Position numbers and translations under genes: made by a program. From the NCBI GenBank assembly GCA_964270895.1, contig OZ185440.1: a stretch of DNA of 64,000 nt, one strand, 5' to 3'. Positions 48,561 to 61,230 of the stretch are shown here, one piece after another. The notes beneath the pieces were generated by a model. It saw only the letters and a list, made by a program, of their open reading frames with translations, did not search any database and was not told the DNA's origin. This stretch comes from Podarcis filfolensis. Its lineage: Eukaryota. The stretch's first letter is position 1, and each line of letters starts with the position of its first letter.

Positions 48561-50412
48561 TATCTCTTTAGGCAAGCTTTTCATAGGCCAATATAATTTC
48601 TCTTCTCTTTTAAATGCTGACTCTGAAGCTTTTAATTATCTGCCTGTATGGTCAGATAAACTTTATCAGATGTGTGCCTGTCTATATATCTATTTCTATC
48701 TTCCAGGCTCGTAAACTGCGCAGGGAGCTTCCATGCATGGCAAAAGCTGCAGAAGTTGGGCCTCAAACACGTGGAAGGCTGCATGTCTGGCTATGGTAAT
48801 TTGACTCCTGCTCTCCCCCATCATGTGACTGGACAGCCACAGTGTTGATGCTTGAATAGGGCAGTGCAGACTCTAACATAACTAATAATTTCATTGCATC
48901 TGTGAAATGGCTACCATAGCACTGCCTTTTGGGCAGCCACACTCTTTTCATTCCTAAATAGAAAAATCCATTTTCTGCATAAGATATATTCTTGTTTTTA
49001 TTTGTTCTCTGCACATAATGAAAAACAGAAGTATTTATGAAGTGTTCAGCAGCCTCAAAATTGACTGCATTTAAATCTAAAGGAAAAGAGCTGATAATTA
49101 TCCATTAAGAAAACTACCGGAGGCTTGTTTCTTTCACTCATGTGGCACCTTTTAAAGCCTTGCAAAGCCCTTGTTAGAAATTAAAAGAGCAGCAACTTGA
49201 AGATAATGAAACTGATCCAGAATTATCTTGCCGAGGAGATCATATTAACAGAAATAATCTTATCATTATTAGTGCAAACCTTAAAACATGATGGATAATT
49301 TAGAAGTTTAAAATGCTGTGATGTGACATTTTAAAGTCTGGCTACTTAAATTAGAAGTATGAAGTGGCTATAAAGTACTTCAGGGAGAAATAAATATATT
49401 AATTTTACTTGCACACCAGGTCAATTCCCAACATGCTTTTCCAGTACAAATCTTTCTTTGTTTGCTGCAATGAACTTTCCAATAGTGAGTGATTTTACCA
49501 TAGACCCGTACGTTCTTGACAGTGGTCAAACATCCAGTTCTAAAGGTATATATTTAAAACTAACTTAGGCAGGAATACCACACACCTTTTGCAGGAAGGT
49601 TCCATTGAGCTCAGTGAAGCTTACTTCTGATAGACATGTATAAGATGTATACATGTATACAAATCCATGGAGGGTGAAGCTATCAGTAGCTACTAAACCT
49701 GTTGGCATCTGGTTGGCCATTGGTCTCGTTCAGAAGGCTCTTCTAATGTTCTTAAGATTCCAGAAGTTCTTGCTTTTGAAAAATGTTCTTCGTTGGTCCC
49801 AGTGGAAGACATTAACTGCACCAGCTCTCAGGGGAACAGATCACCTTTGGATCCAGCAGATCCTAGGCTGCCTTCACCCAAACCCAGAGCACCATGTTTT
49901 GGCATACTTCCAAAAGAAACACAGCTGGCATTATAATGAATTCCACCGAGCTTTCTGTGGTCTGTGTTTGCCTGAGCTTGAGTCTGGACTAAGGATTCTG
50001 AGCCCCTGTGTTCTGATACAATACATAATATCCAGTCACAGAACATTTCAGGATTTGGGCCACTGTCAATGGCCCTTAAACTCTGAGTTATGATTCGCAG
50101 CTTGGAAGTTTACACAGCCAATCATGTAGGGAGTGAGAGTGGCCCAGACCTTCAGAAATGTATGTAAGCAGTTGTTTTGCTCCTGTTGTCCAGTTCTGTT
50201 AGTTGAATAAAGGTTCTTGCTGTTATAACTGTATCTTGCTTTGTGGGAACCCACCTACACTTCACTTTCCATGTGTGTATCAGGGCTGCTAGAGTGGGGC
50301 TTCCTCTCCACCAGTCGAGCACTGCAACCAGAAAGGCACTTTCACCATCTTAGGCCATTCCAGTAATTGGTTAGGATTGTTCTGTAATTAACTGATGACT
50401 AACTTCCAGTGC

Positions 50413-50915
50413 CTAGACAGCATCTTAAAAAGTAGAGACATCACCTTGCCAACAAAGGTCCGTATAGTAAAAGCTATGGTTTTCCCAGTAGTGATGTATG
50501 GAAGTAAAAGCTGGACCATAAAGAAGGCTGATCGCTGAAAAATTGATGCTTTTGAATTATGGTGCTGGAGGAGACTCTTGAGAGTCCCATGGACTGCAAG
50601 AAGATCAACCCTATCCATTCTTAAGGAAATCAGCCCTGAGTGCTCACTGGAAGGACAGATCCTGAAGCTGAGGCTCCAATACTATGGCCACCTCATGAGA
50701 AGAGAAGACTCCCTGGAAAAGACCCTGATGTTGGGAAAGATGGAGGGCACAAGGAGAAGGGGACAACAGAGGACGAGATGGCTGGATAGTGTTCTCGAAG
50801 CTACTAGCATGAGTTTGACTACACTATGGGAGGCAGTGGAAGACAGAAGTGCCTGGCGTGCTCTGGTCCATGGGGTCACGAAGAGTCGGACATGACTAAA
50901 CGACTAAACAACAAC
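50413..50915 (+). mobile_element. BovB (RTE) LINE 3' fragment with TSD
   Basis: ORF 50578-50895 (RVPWTARRSTLSILKEISPECSLEGQILKLRLQYYGHLMRREDSLEKTLMLGK). CTAAACAACAAC tail. 12-bp TSD AACTTCCAGTGC at 50401-50412 and 50916-50927. Confidence 0.95.
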
Positions 50916-51562
50916 AACTTCCAGTGCAGACCTTATGCTCAAGTTGCCACAATTCTGAAGAGGAAACCCATATATCTGACCCTTAAATGGGTCCTGAAGG
51001 CATTTCTGTTTTGCCAGGCTTTATTTGATGGCTTTATGTATCTATTGTAATTTTGTGTGTGTGTTTAAATCTATTGTTGTTTTAATTTGTTTCATGCTGC
51101 CTTCAAAGACTTGCCCTGAAAGGCATCTTCTAAATCTTTTAAGTAAGTAAATGAAATAATTATGCTACCTGAGCTGAAAGATAGACTCTCCAGCTGTAGC
51201 TTATGCTTCTCTGTGTGTGGAGCTGTGCAAGTTTGCTCTCGACATGGCTCTGGATTTGTGAAAAGCCTCTTTCTCTATCCTATTCCCCAGCAGGAATCAA
51301 AGCAGCAGTCCAAATGTAACTAAGGCTAGAGCTACTCATTACCATAGCGCACAGGTATTTCAAAAGCCCCGTTGTTTAGTAATGATAGCGGTGAGAGGTG
51401 AATTTGTGGGTGAGAGGAGGAGAACTTAACCTGTTCTCCAGTTGGTGTGTTTCTCTGAAGCAATTCCAGCCAGGTGTATTTTTTATTCTTTATCTTGTAA
51501 CCTGCCTATATGGGTAAAAATAACCAACCTGAGACATAGCAGGGGGGAAGGATTAATTCAAC

Positions 51563-51712
51563 CAGTGCTTTTTTTTTCTAAAAAAAAAGTTTAGGCGTAC
51601 TTTCATTTTCCTGCTCATTGAAATACTGCCCCTCAATGAGGCCAAACTTAGATTCACAAAATGTTTAGGGGCATGTGTACCCCTGTGCCCCCCCCCCCCG
51701 AAAAAAGCACCG
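51563..51712. mobile_element. hAT-type MITE (150 bp), different family
   Basis: Termini CAGTGCTTTTTT / AAAAAAGCACCG. Perfect 8-bp TSD AATTCAAC at 51555-51562 and 51713-51720. Confidence 0.88.
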
Positions 51713-54700
51713 AATTCAACTTCCTAGCTACCTTTTCAGCCTTGCAAATCCACACCCTACTAGTGTATAGAAAATGTATATGTATCACAAGGTATAGTTC
51801 CTGTATGTAGAAAAGGAGAAAGAAAGATACGAAAGAACTAATTAAATTAAATTAATTCAATTACCACAACGGGGGAGGGGGATGAATTATGCTTTTCCAG
51901 CTGGATGAAAAAGTATCTGCCTTAGGTTTTTATTTTGTATTGTTATAAAATCAATATTGGGAGGGAACTTGTACTGTTGGTTGTTTTTGTTTTTTTTAAA
52001 AAAACATTTTAGCTGTTTGTTTGGTGTTTGTAAATCTCCTTTATGCATATGTAAAAGGTGATTTATCATCTGAAATGGATGAAGCACAGATGGGTGAATT
52101 ACAGCTAGAGTAAGATCACAAAGTAGTTTGACCTAGAAATTCATCTATGAATATTCCTATCCATTCATGGTCACTGTGAAAAAGTTTCAAGCAATATTCT
52201 TTCTTGGGCTTCAGGGTTAGAATACCAAAAGCCAGGATCTATCTGGTTGAGCTACCTAGAAACACATGTACTCAGAGCTCAGAACAGAGTCAGGAAATAG
52301 ACACAGTTAACGCTTAAATTAACAGGCCAGAAGTGATGGGCCTCTAAATTGGCAAAAAGCTATTACTATTGGAAAGTTAGCCTGTGGTCCTACCTGTTCT
52401 TTTCTTTAGAAAGTGGTACAAAAATGCTGTCAACTCAGAGCAAAGAAAGAAATACACGACTGCTGTTTTCTAAGCATGATTTCCAGTAGTGCTAGCGGTC
52501 ATCTCATCTCACCTCAGAAATCAACTGCTCAAAGCCACATACCATTTCACCAAGACCAGGCCTGGCTAAGGTCTTAAGTGGCCTGGATTTCCCTTGACAT
52601 AGGACTAGTTCAGGACTGGATTCTGAATGACCATAGCAGACACAGCTCACTGACTTCGTTGAGATTATGTCCGTGAAATGAAAGTTCTGTTTGCATTGTT
52701 TTATCTGTGATGGTCCACTCGGCCATTCCCTATATGACTTCAGCATCCTTTGAAAACTATGAGATGAACAAGATGATTTAGGAACAGTAAATGCATTCTA
52801 AAAAACAAACAAAAATAAGGACATGTATTTAGATGACAGCTTGTGCTTAGCCTGTTAATGCTTTTGTCGGATATTTTAAAAATATTTAAATATCACAACC
52901 ATTGTTGTCAAGGGATATGACATCACTGAGAAAGGGACTTGATTTCCATCTTGTTTGGGCCTGTTAATATCAGCATTTGAGAGGATAGTGTCTCAGAGAC
53001 TTAAAAAAGAATCTATCTAGAGAATAGCTCCATTAATTAGGACACAAGATACATAATCACTGCAGAGCATGATTTGAATCAATATAAACCAGAGCCCAGA
53101 AACTCAGCGTTAATTGTGAAGGAAATGAGAGAGAAGAAGAAGTGAAAACAATTTCCATGAGCTCATACAAGATATATTAGACTCCAAGCAAAGGTTTCCA
53201 TTTGGGGAAATTGTCAAATCTGTAATATGCTGAGGAAAACTGACAAGGACTCACAATTTAGGGTATCTCTCAGTGCTCCAAGAGAGTGACTTTCTATCAT
53301 CTTGCACTTGCTGCTAGAGAACTAGTGTTGTGACTTACTCACCTGAGAAGGAGGTCTCTATGTAATCTCTGTGCTGTGAACCCATACCATCTGTCAGCCC
53401 CTATTTCGTTTACCATTTGCAGTATGGGAATATTATTCACTAGTCCTACAGGATATTTTGAAGGGTTACTAAGACAGTACATGAAGTGCACTGAGCAGTC
53501 CAGAGCACCGGCAGGAAGAAGATAGATCCATATTTGTTGGCAGATCTCTGGAGGATTTGTTGTAGATCAGTAAGGGTCAGAAACTGGCCATATGCACTGA
53601 ACACACAATTCAGTTTGGAACACAATTCAGAATATAGTCTGATTTTGCCCAAATCAGTTCGAAAGCTGCCCAGTTTGGCTCAGAGTACAAATCTCAATCC
53701 CAGTTCAGAAACATGAAGCTTTGTGGCTGCCCCACTCACTATTTTGGGGAAATAAAAAATCCCAGCCATTTTTATTTACAGAAATGGATGAAATTTGCAG
53801 GGATAGTAGCTTCTCTTGAGTAGATGAAGCCTACCAAATTAGATACACATAGTCCAAGGGTGTGTTGGAGATATATAGATTTTAATGTATATTTATATGA
53901 AGTATCTATAACTTTTTTGGGGGGGGGGGAGAAATAGATGATCTTTGCATACATGGTAGCCCCCACTTAGAAAATGAATCCTGCCAGATTCCAGATAAAG
54001 AAGGATATTTGCAGGTTTCCCTGCCCTCCTTGCAAGGACAGCCTGTACATTTTTGGTTTTTTTTAAAAAAGTATTAACCTATTGTCCCTATTGTTTTGTG
54101 GACAATTTGTATGAAACTAGCTCACATCAAGTACTCTTAGATAAGAAACTTGTCAAATTCCATAGGGATTGGTACACCTGCTTTGTGCTAGGCACCTTCA
54201 AAGTTTATAGGGACAGGAGAGAGACCAAAGAGATTTGCTTCCCTCCCTGTGGTTTGGGAACATGACTTTAATATAAAAATGAAACTTCGTTATCCTTATG
54301 CAAGTAATTTGCGGAATTTCATGAGAGGTGCATAGGATAGAGAGTTAAGATGGGCATAGGGAGGGGGCACCCACTTTGAAGCTTGTGTTCTACTCAACTG
54401 GCCCTACACATTGCAGAAACTAAGTGTAAACCTGATTTGGCAGGAGTGGATGTGTGAACATGTGGCGGGGCAGAATGAATGCACATCCAGCATTTATCAA
54501 CCAAGCAGAACTAGTGAAGAGAACAGAATATGCTAAATGGAACACTATTTCAATATCCCTCCTCCAGAGCACAGTGTTTGGGGAGCCCTGTTAAAATCAT
54601 TCTTCCCAATTAGAAACTAGACTTGCCAGTAAAAAAAAATAGTTCTCCCTTCCCCTAATTTTCCTATCCTGGTGTTTTCCCTGCATGACAAGCTTGGGGA

Positions 54701-55989
54701 GGAATATTTCATTTTTTGCGGAGACACTGACTGCAGCATTTTATAAACATCAAATTCTCCAAAGCACACTAGAGAGCTTTAGAGATCCTTGATTCAGTTC
54801 TGGTTGCTTTGGAGAGATGCTGTTTCCATTCATACCATCCCCAAATCAGTCTAAAAGTGCCCACTTGGGTTCAGGATTCATCCAAAACTAATGCATACAC
54901 CACACAGAAACCCTGTCACCCGATAGTTTAACAATATCAAGTTAAACTGCAACTCTCTACCATGGTAGGTCTTCAGCTAATAATGTATTTTCATGGTGAC
55001 AGTTTAGAGGCATCCTAAGTGCATGGTGGTGTGAGGAATTCCTCAAGGTGAACAAATAACTAAAGAAACTTAAATATGCTGGTATTTCTAAGGCATCAGA
55101 GTAAAGCATGCCATTTAGCCGGGCACTCGAGGAATTTGTAGTGTTTGATTAATATAGCCCACTTGGATTTTAACGTCTAGCTCTGAAGTATAACCACTTC
55201 ACTCTCTGTGTTTTGGGTGTCAGAGTGCATGAAACATCTCTGCCTGCATGTGAATGAGTGCCAGCTGGGAGTGAGTGAATTATTAGCATTGGGCATAGAT
55301 CCAGTGCTTGACATTTCACTCATTAGAAAGTCTATTGTAATTAACGTAATTGAGATCTATTGGGTGTGCCATTGATGGATATGCCTGTCTCTAGAGTGCT
55401 TTCCAGGAAACTCATTGGTGAGAAAATGATGTATGCTGTGTATTAGCGACATAGAAACTATTCCTCTAGAGGCAAAGATCTTTTGTTGTATGGAGCCTTC
55501 TCTCAACAAACTTAGTGAGAGATAAATGACGGGGTTGGAACTCTATCAATCCACCTAAAATTGTCTGTAAAAAGGGAATTCTCTCTTTATGAGATGTACT
55601 CAGTTGTGGTCATTGTAACAGAAAATAGAGTGCAAGTTCACCCAAACAAGTGAATGGCAAAGTTTTGCAAATAGATTTGGGCACATCACACAATATAATC
55701 AGAAGCAAGGATCTACTGATGCTTTAAGGAGACACACATCACACATGCTATTCATACGTGATGGTTGTGTGTTTGATACCAGAATAAAAGAGGTAAAATG
55801 TTAGAATCAGCCCTAATGTTTAAGATTGTTTTCAATAGGTCTACTCTGACTGTCACTTAGATAGATATAATCCAATGTATGTAGGATGATGAAGGATGCT
55901 CCAGAAGATCCACCCTCCACACATAAAGCAAGTCTAGGGAATGTCCTCCTGGCTGAAGTTTACTTTGTTCCAACTCTTATTTAATTTTA

Positions 55990-56215
55990 ATGCCATCTTA
56001 AAACATACCTGTTTTCTTGGGCCTTTGTAGGGGTGTTAATTTATTCAGTCAATCATCCAGCTTTATGGGTGGTTTTATGATTGTTTGTTAATTGCAGAAT
56101 TTTCAACTGCACCAGTTGTTTTATGAACAGCATTGTTTTTACTTGTTAATTTTTATGTCATTGCAACCCACCCTGGGATTGTTTGATGAAGGGTGGTCTA
56201 GAAATATTTTAAATA
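55990..56215 (+). mobile_element. Old L2-type LINE 3' tail
   Basis: AAAACATACCTGTTTTC..., a T-rich tract, then TTGCAACCCACCCTGGGA...GATGAAGGGTGGTCTAGAAAT. Confidence 0.55.
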
Positions 56216-56354
56216 TATAAAATAAAATAAAAATATAATCCTCCCCCCAAAAAATATCAATACTCTCTCAAACCTTCATTCTTATAGTAGCTAAGGGCTT
56301 GAGAAATGATATGCCCACAGAACAAATGACTCTTAATAAGAAATAGGTTCAGTC

Positions 56355-57110
56355 TGTTGCGTGGCAAGACCTCAAGCTGACTCCCCATTAGGGTAAATAA
56401 ATTTACATAGACACAGATATTTTGTTTAAGGTTTTTGGGCAAAAATTTGGCCACAACTTTATTGATTACAGGAATGAGAGCGGTATTGGCTTAGGCATTG
56501 GCAAGACTATATCTGACTCCTGCCCCCTTTGCAGGAAGTCTGTAAGGGTAAACCACCCAAAGAGAAATTGCTTCAGGGGAACCCACCTGCATCTCCCCTG
56601 GTGTTCCCAGAGGCCTGGCATGGCCCTCACCCTTCAAGCGGACTTCAGACAGGAACCAGGCCCTGGCTTCCTTTAACAGAATACCCTTGAAACTGGAGGG
56701 GCAGGTGATGGCCGACCTCCCCTCCCTCATTCACCATAAGCCAATGCCTAACCACCAAACCTTACAAAGTTGTGATGATTGCCAAGAGGCAGGCAAAAAC
56801 CAAGTGGCCCGTGCCAATTTGCCAAATGGAAAAAATTCCTACCCAGCCCCCGACTCAAGCTGGGCAACCAACCAAAGTCCAAAGCAAGGCCAAAGGATCT
56901 AAATTAAAGGGAGGGTGAGCGGGTGTTTGGCAGCGCGAAGCAGGAGCCAAGCACACGTCGCGCTGCCGCTTTTATACTTTCCCCCACTATCACCCTTTGA
57001 CATGATTGGGCAACAGCCCTGGGTGATTGTGGTGCCACCCCAGCGTGAGGGTGATAGCTCTACCCATGCCAGGGTGGGGGGGGAGCCAAGTTGAGAGCCT
57101 GCCCACAACC
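56355..57110 (-). mobile_element. Solo LTR-like element, copy D
   Basis: Minus strand: TATAAAA at 56970-56976, AATAAA at 56458-56463, ends CACGCAACA at 56355. Strong similarity to copy C downstream of the TATA box. TSD not clear. Confidence 0.8.
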
Positions 57111-59109
57111 AGGACCATCTATTAAGATGATCCCATTTACTTAGGAAGTTATCAACCTGCTATGGCCATGTTCCTGAGTATCTTAGTAACACTTCTGGCT
57201 GAGAATGACCTGGTCCAGTGGGTGGTTTTGCTTCTCAGCCATGATGTTAGGCAAGACTCTTGAACTGGGCTCCAAACCTCTTTGTGGTTTGGCCCAGGTT
57301 GCTGTACCAGTGAGACTGGAGGCAAGTGTGACACCCTAACAAGGCTGGCTAGGCTCTGAGACTGGTCAATGGAGAGTTAATGAAGTGGCTGTTGCAGGCA
57401 GGAAAAACTTACATCACTCCTCACCTCAAGGGTATAGAGAGGATAGGGTATAGCACACTACAGAGGGGCGTGACATGTGTTTGGAAGACTTATGCCAAGG
57501 TCTTGTGAACTTTCCTCAGGTAGATGGAAGGAGGACATCTAGCTTCAGCTGGCTGCCTCTGGGGGCTTTTAGTGTAGGCAGGTAAGTAGACATAGCACCT
57601 TGCTTCAGGTTCAGTGGAGGGTACCACACTAACCGCAGCTTGGAGGGGACCACAGTTTGATACTCTTGGGACCTGACATGTGCCATCTTCAGAATGTTGA
57701 ACAGTGAGGATGGCTGGCATCTGTCAGGTCACCCACCCTTTAATGGGAAGATGCTATTTCTAGGAAGATTCTCCAGCTTGAGCGATGCAGTTGATCTGGG
57801 GTGGTTTAGCACTTAGTAGCAGGGAAGAGATTTACTACCAGCCTATGCAGGCTATACCTGCCTCCATTTGTTTGATGTGATTGGCACAATTTCTTCCTTG
57901 TTATATTTTAATAAATATAGCATATTTTTGCCAGGTCCTGTCTTGTTGAGTCTTCAGTCCAGGTGTGAGATAAATGCAGACATACGTATTAATTTGTTTT
58001 TTATTAATAAATCACCTACATTGCCATATCAAAAATGAAACACTTAACCCCAGAGGCATATAAAGAATGCCTGTGAGAAGAAAAAATATTATGGGTAACA
58101 CATGAAAAATGGCTTTAATGGAAACGTTGCAGATTAATATTTACACACGGGATATTTTTGGTTATAAAACATATGTAATACAGTACAGTGTGGTTAGGCA
58201 GAGCTGCTAAAGGCTATAACACACATGTGAGTCATAGACTTTAAAAAGAATTGGTGGCAAAAAAAAGTTAAGCATAAATAGGAACATAAGACTTAATAGG
58301 GCATTAGGGAGGGGCCCATTTCTGGTTGCATATGGCAGGCTAGGTCCTAACATGCGGATTTTGCCATTGAGGGGGAGATTCAAAAATCCAACACCTATGA
58401 TCATCTGGGCCACTTCATATTGTACTTATCTACACAACTTTTTAAATAGTGCTTGGGAAGTTCATTTAAAAATAAATTCTAGGTCATACTTTTACAAAAT
58501 AAACTAGTTCAGTTCAAGTTGCCACTTGCCTGATTTCAGATAGTTGGGATGCACAGAGAAGAACATTGGCAGATAACCTCAGCCCATAGGCAATTGAGCA
58601 CCACTGCCTTGACACAGAGAAGAAATCAGAAAAGGACTGCCAGTATAGTTCTTTTTCCAGTGAACTCACTAAGTACAAGGGGAGTAATTCCACATTTCCC
58701 TACCTTTCTGATATCTTCTGCTCTGTTGTCATATCTGCATTTTTTATCTTTGTTTGCAGATTTCTGATGATAATTTATTCAAAGCAAAGGTTTATATACC
58801 TTAAGAAATTCATTCTGAACTTTTTGATCAATTATCTTTTCAAACCAGTTTCAGACTTTGAATCCCTGAAGAAACTTTGACTCTTAAGAGGATTCCCCCC
58901 ACCCTTGAGTTTTTCCCCACCTGCTCCCCTATGATGAAGATGTTCTTGTTTGGTTGGCTGGCTGGTTATATTATGTTGAACTAATTTTGTACTTATTTTG
59001 TATTGTCTTATGACCATTTTTTGTTTTGGATTTAATTTTAATGTACAGTTCATGTTTTATTAGCAGTATCTTTTTCAAGTGTTTTATTTTGGCACGGGCT
59101 ATTTGCTTT

Positions 59110-59300
59110 TTCAATTTTTTGGGGGCCAGTTGGTACTCCGTCAGCTGTTTTGTATGCTAACTTCTGCTTAGAGACTGCCTTCAAGGGCATCCCCAAGTCT
59201 AACACATTATAGTAGTCATGTGTATGATTTGATATCAGACAATAGCATAGGATTGATTGACCCTTTGATGTCACCAGGTCAAAAAAACATTCTGGAGTTT
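59110..59300 (-). mobile_element. Old L2-type LINE ORF2 fragment
   Basis: Minus ORF contains DYYNVLDLGMPLKAVSKQKLAYKTA, similar to the L2 motif DYCNALYVGLPLKTVRKLQLVQNAA. Confidence 0.6.
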
Positions 59301-60395
59301 TGCACACATCTCCCCACTTAAAGTTCCTGCCATTTCCTCTGATCAGCAGTCCTAGTGGTGTGGGGAGCCAGGGCTAAATCTCCAGGGCTCCTCCTTCAAT
59401 CCGGGACAACCACTGCCATAATAATGTGGTATTGTTTTATGTGGCAAAGCAACCGTGAAACTTCTTTTCATCTGCAACAGTGCTCTTGAAAAGTTATGTT
59501 GAGTTTTCCAAAATCATATCCACACTGATATGCTGCCAATGAAAACTTGGCACCAGAGCATGTAACTGAGTATTAATTTGTTATTGTAGGGTTTTTTGCC
59601 CCTCTTAATAATGAGAAAAATAATATTGATTTTGGATGTATTCATGAAAGAATGATGATTAAAAATTACAGAAATGTTTGGTCCCGGCAAGGTCCTCATA
59701 ATACTCATGAAGTTTTGAACCTGTGCTCTTTTATTACCTCACAAATCATTATTTGTAAGGCAGCAGTAAATTGTGGAGCTGGCGCATTGCCCAGCAGAGC
59801 ACCAAGATCAAGCCTCCATTTGCTTGTAAATTGGAACCCAAGTCTCTACATCACAAGTACACAATTTATGGAGGTAGGGGATGTGCGGTAATCTTTCACT
59901 TGCCCTTTGTTTTTGTTTTGCTTTTCTCACCTGGCTGGCTTTAAAACTAGGTCATGTTTGGAAGTTATTTGTAGCATCAGAAACGAAAGCACTAAACTGA
60001 CCAGTCAATAGCCATGAAGACTGAGCAGTGCTGGCTAAAAAAGGACCCAAGAGTGGTGCTGGATGCCAAAAATGCAGCTCTAGTTCAATGACCCATGCTG
60101 AAGTCTGATGTATGGAGACAGCAGCAGACATCTTCCCTGAAGCTCCCAGAGCTCATTGCTATACTAATTTGAGATACAACAGCCCTATGACATTGAAAGG
60201 TCCATGAGGACTGTGCCCGATGCTTATTTTAATAGTTAACTTAGGGTTTTTTTTTAATGCAATGAAAATAATAATCCCAGAGGATCAGAGTCCAGACTGG
60301 ATTTGGGTTGGGTTTAAATAATTTATATAGCTTCTCTCTTCTTCCACTTCCCCTTTGGTTGGCCTCATTTAGGAATAAGAATGCTATGTTTAATT

Positions 60396-60520
60396 CAGGG
60401 ACAGGGAATCTACAGACCTCCACATGCTGTTGGACTACAACTCCCAACTTGGCCATGGTGGCTAGGGCTGAAGGAAGTTCCACTACACAACAACTGGAGG
60501 ACTTCAGGCTCCTCATCTCT
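60396..60520. mobile_element. Degraded hAT-type MITE relative
   Basis: GCTGTTGGACTACAACTCCCA...GCTAGGGCTGAAGGAAGTT...ACAACAACTGGAGGA, similar to the 136-bp family. Confidence 0.5.
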
Positions 60521-60683
60521 AGTTTATTTGATTGATTGATTTATCTACTCCAGCTCAATTAGGGGTGTCCTTAATTAATTAGACAGAAGACTGAAAGTCA
60601 TTAATTATTTTTATTCTAAGTACTTCTAAAACTGCAGGTAGTAAGCACCATTGTATGTAGTAAGCACCATTTATCTCACACTT

Positions 60684-60756
60684 GGAGGAAGAACCATGTA
60701 TGCCACCTTGAGTTCCTGGGAGGAAATAGGGATATAAATGTGATAAACAAACAAAC
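60684..60756 (+). mobile_element. 3' fragment of Squam3-like SINE
   Basis: GAACCATGTATGCCACCTTGAGTTCCTGGGAGGAAATAGGGATATAAATG. Confidence 0.7.
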
Positions 60757-60930
60757 TAGCTAGTGCTTTAAGTCAGAGATGGGGAGACTGCAGCCAGGTG
60801 TCAATGGGCACCAATTCACATTGTCAATAGTGAGGAATGATAGCAGTTACTCCATAGTATCTGGAAGATGACAGCTATGAAGGAAGGAAGGAAGGGATGA
60901 ATGAGCTAAGTATTAAGTTTGCAAAATGTC

Positions 60931-61230
60931 ATTGTATGCCCAGGCACCATGAACCCACCACCACTGGGTCGTATAGGCAAAACAAGGTTATAATTAGGCC
61001 ATAACTTTATTGATTACAGATTTAAGTGAATTTTGGCTTGACACTGGATAGTTACCAACTCCTCCAGCTCACCTGCTGGAGGGGTATCTGGGGTCAGGTG
61101 TGATTCCCACAGACTTGCTGCACTGGGGAGTGCTCAGATCCTGATTGGGTGTATGGACAGAAGCACCTCCCCATGGATTCCACCAAGGAGCGGGGAGCAG
61201 ACGTGGCAAAGTAGGTGTCAGGCCGCAAAC
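60931..61230 (-). mobile_element. Partial, diverged solo LTR-like element, copy E (3' third)
   Basis: GGCCATAACTTTATTGATTACAG (60997-61019) matches the family poly(A) block. Structural equivalents of the inner stem and hairpin are present. Confidence 0.6.

Noticed and set aside
49653-50093. 146-aa ORF with an overlapping second open frame
   Set aside because: No recognisable domain or clear splice signals, and the length is attainable by chance.
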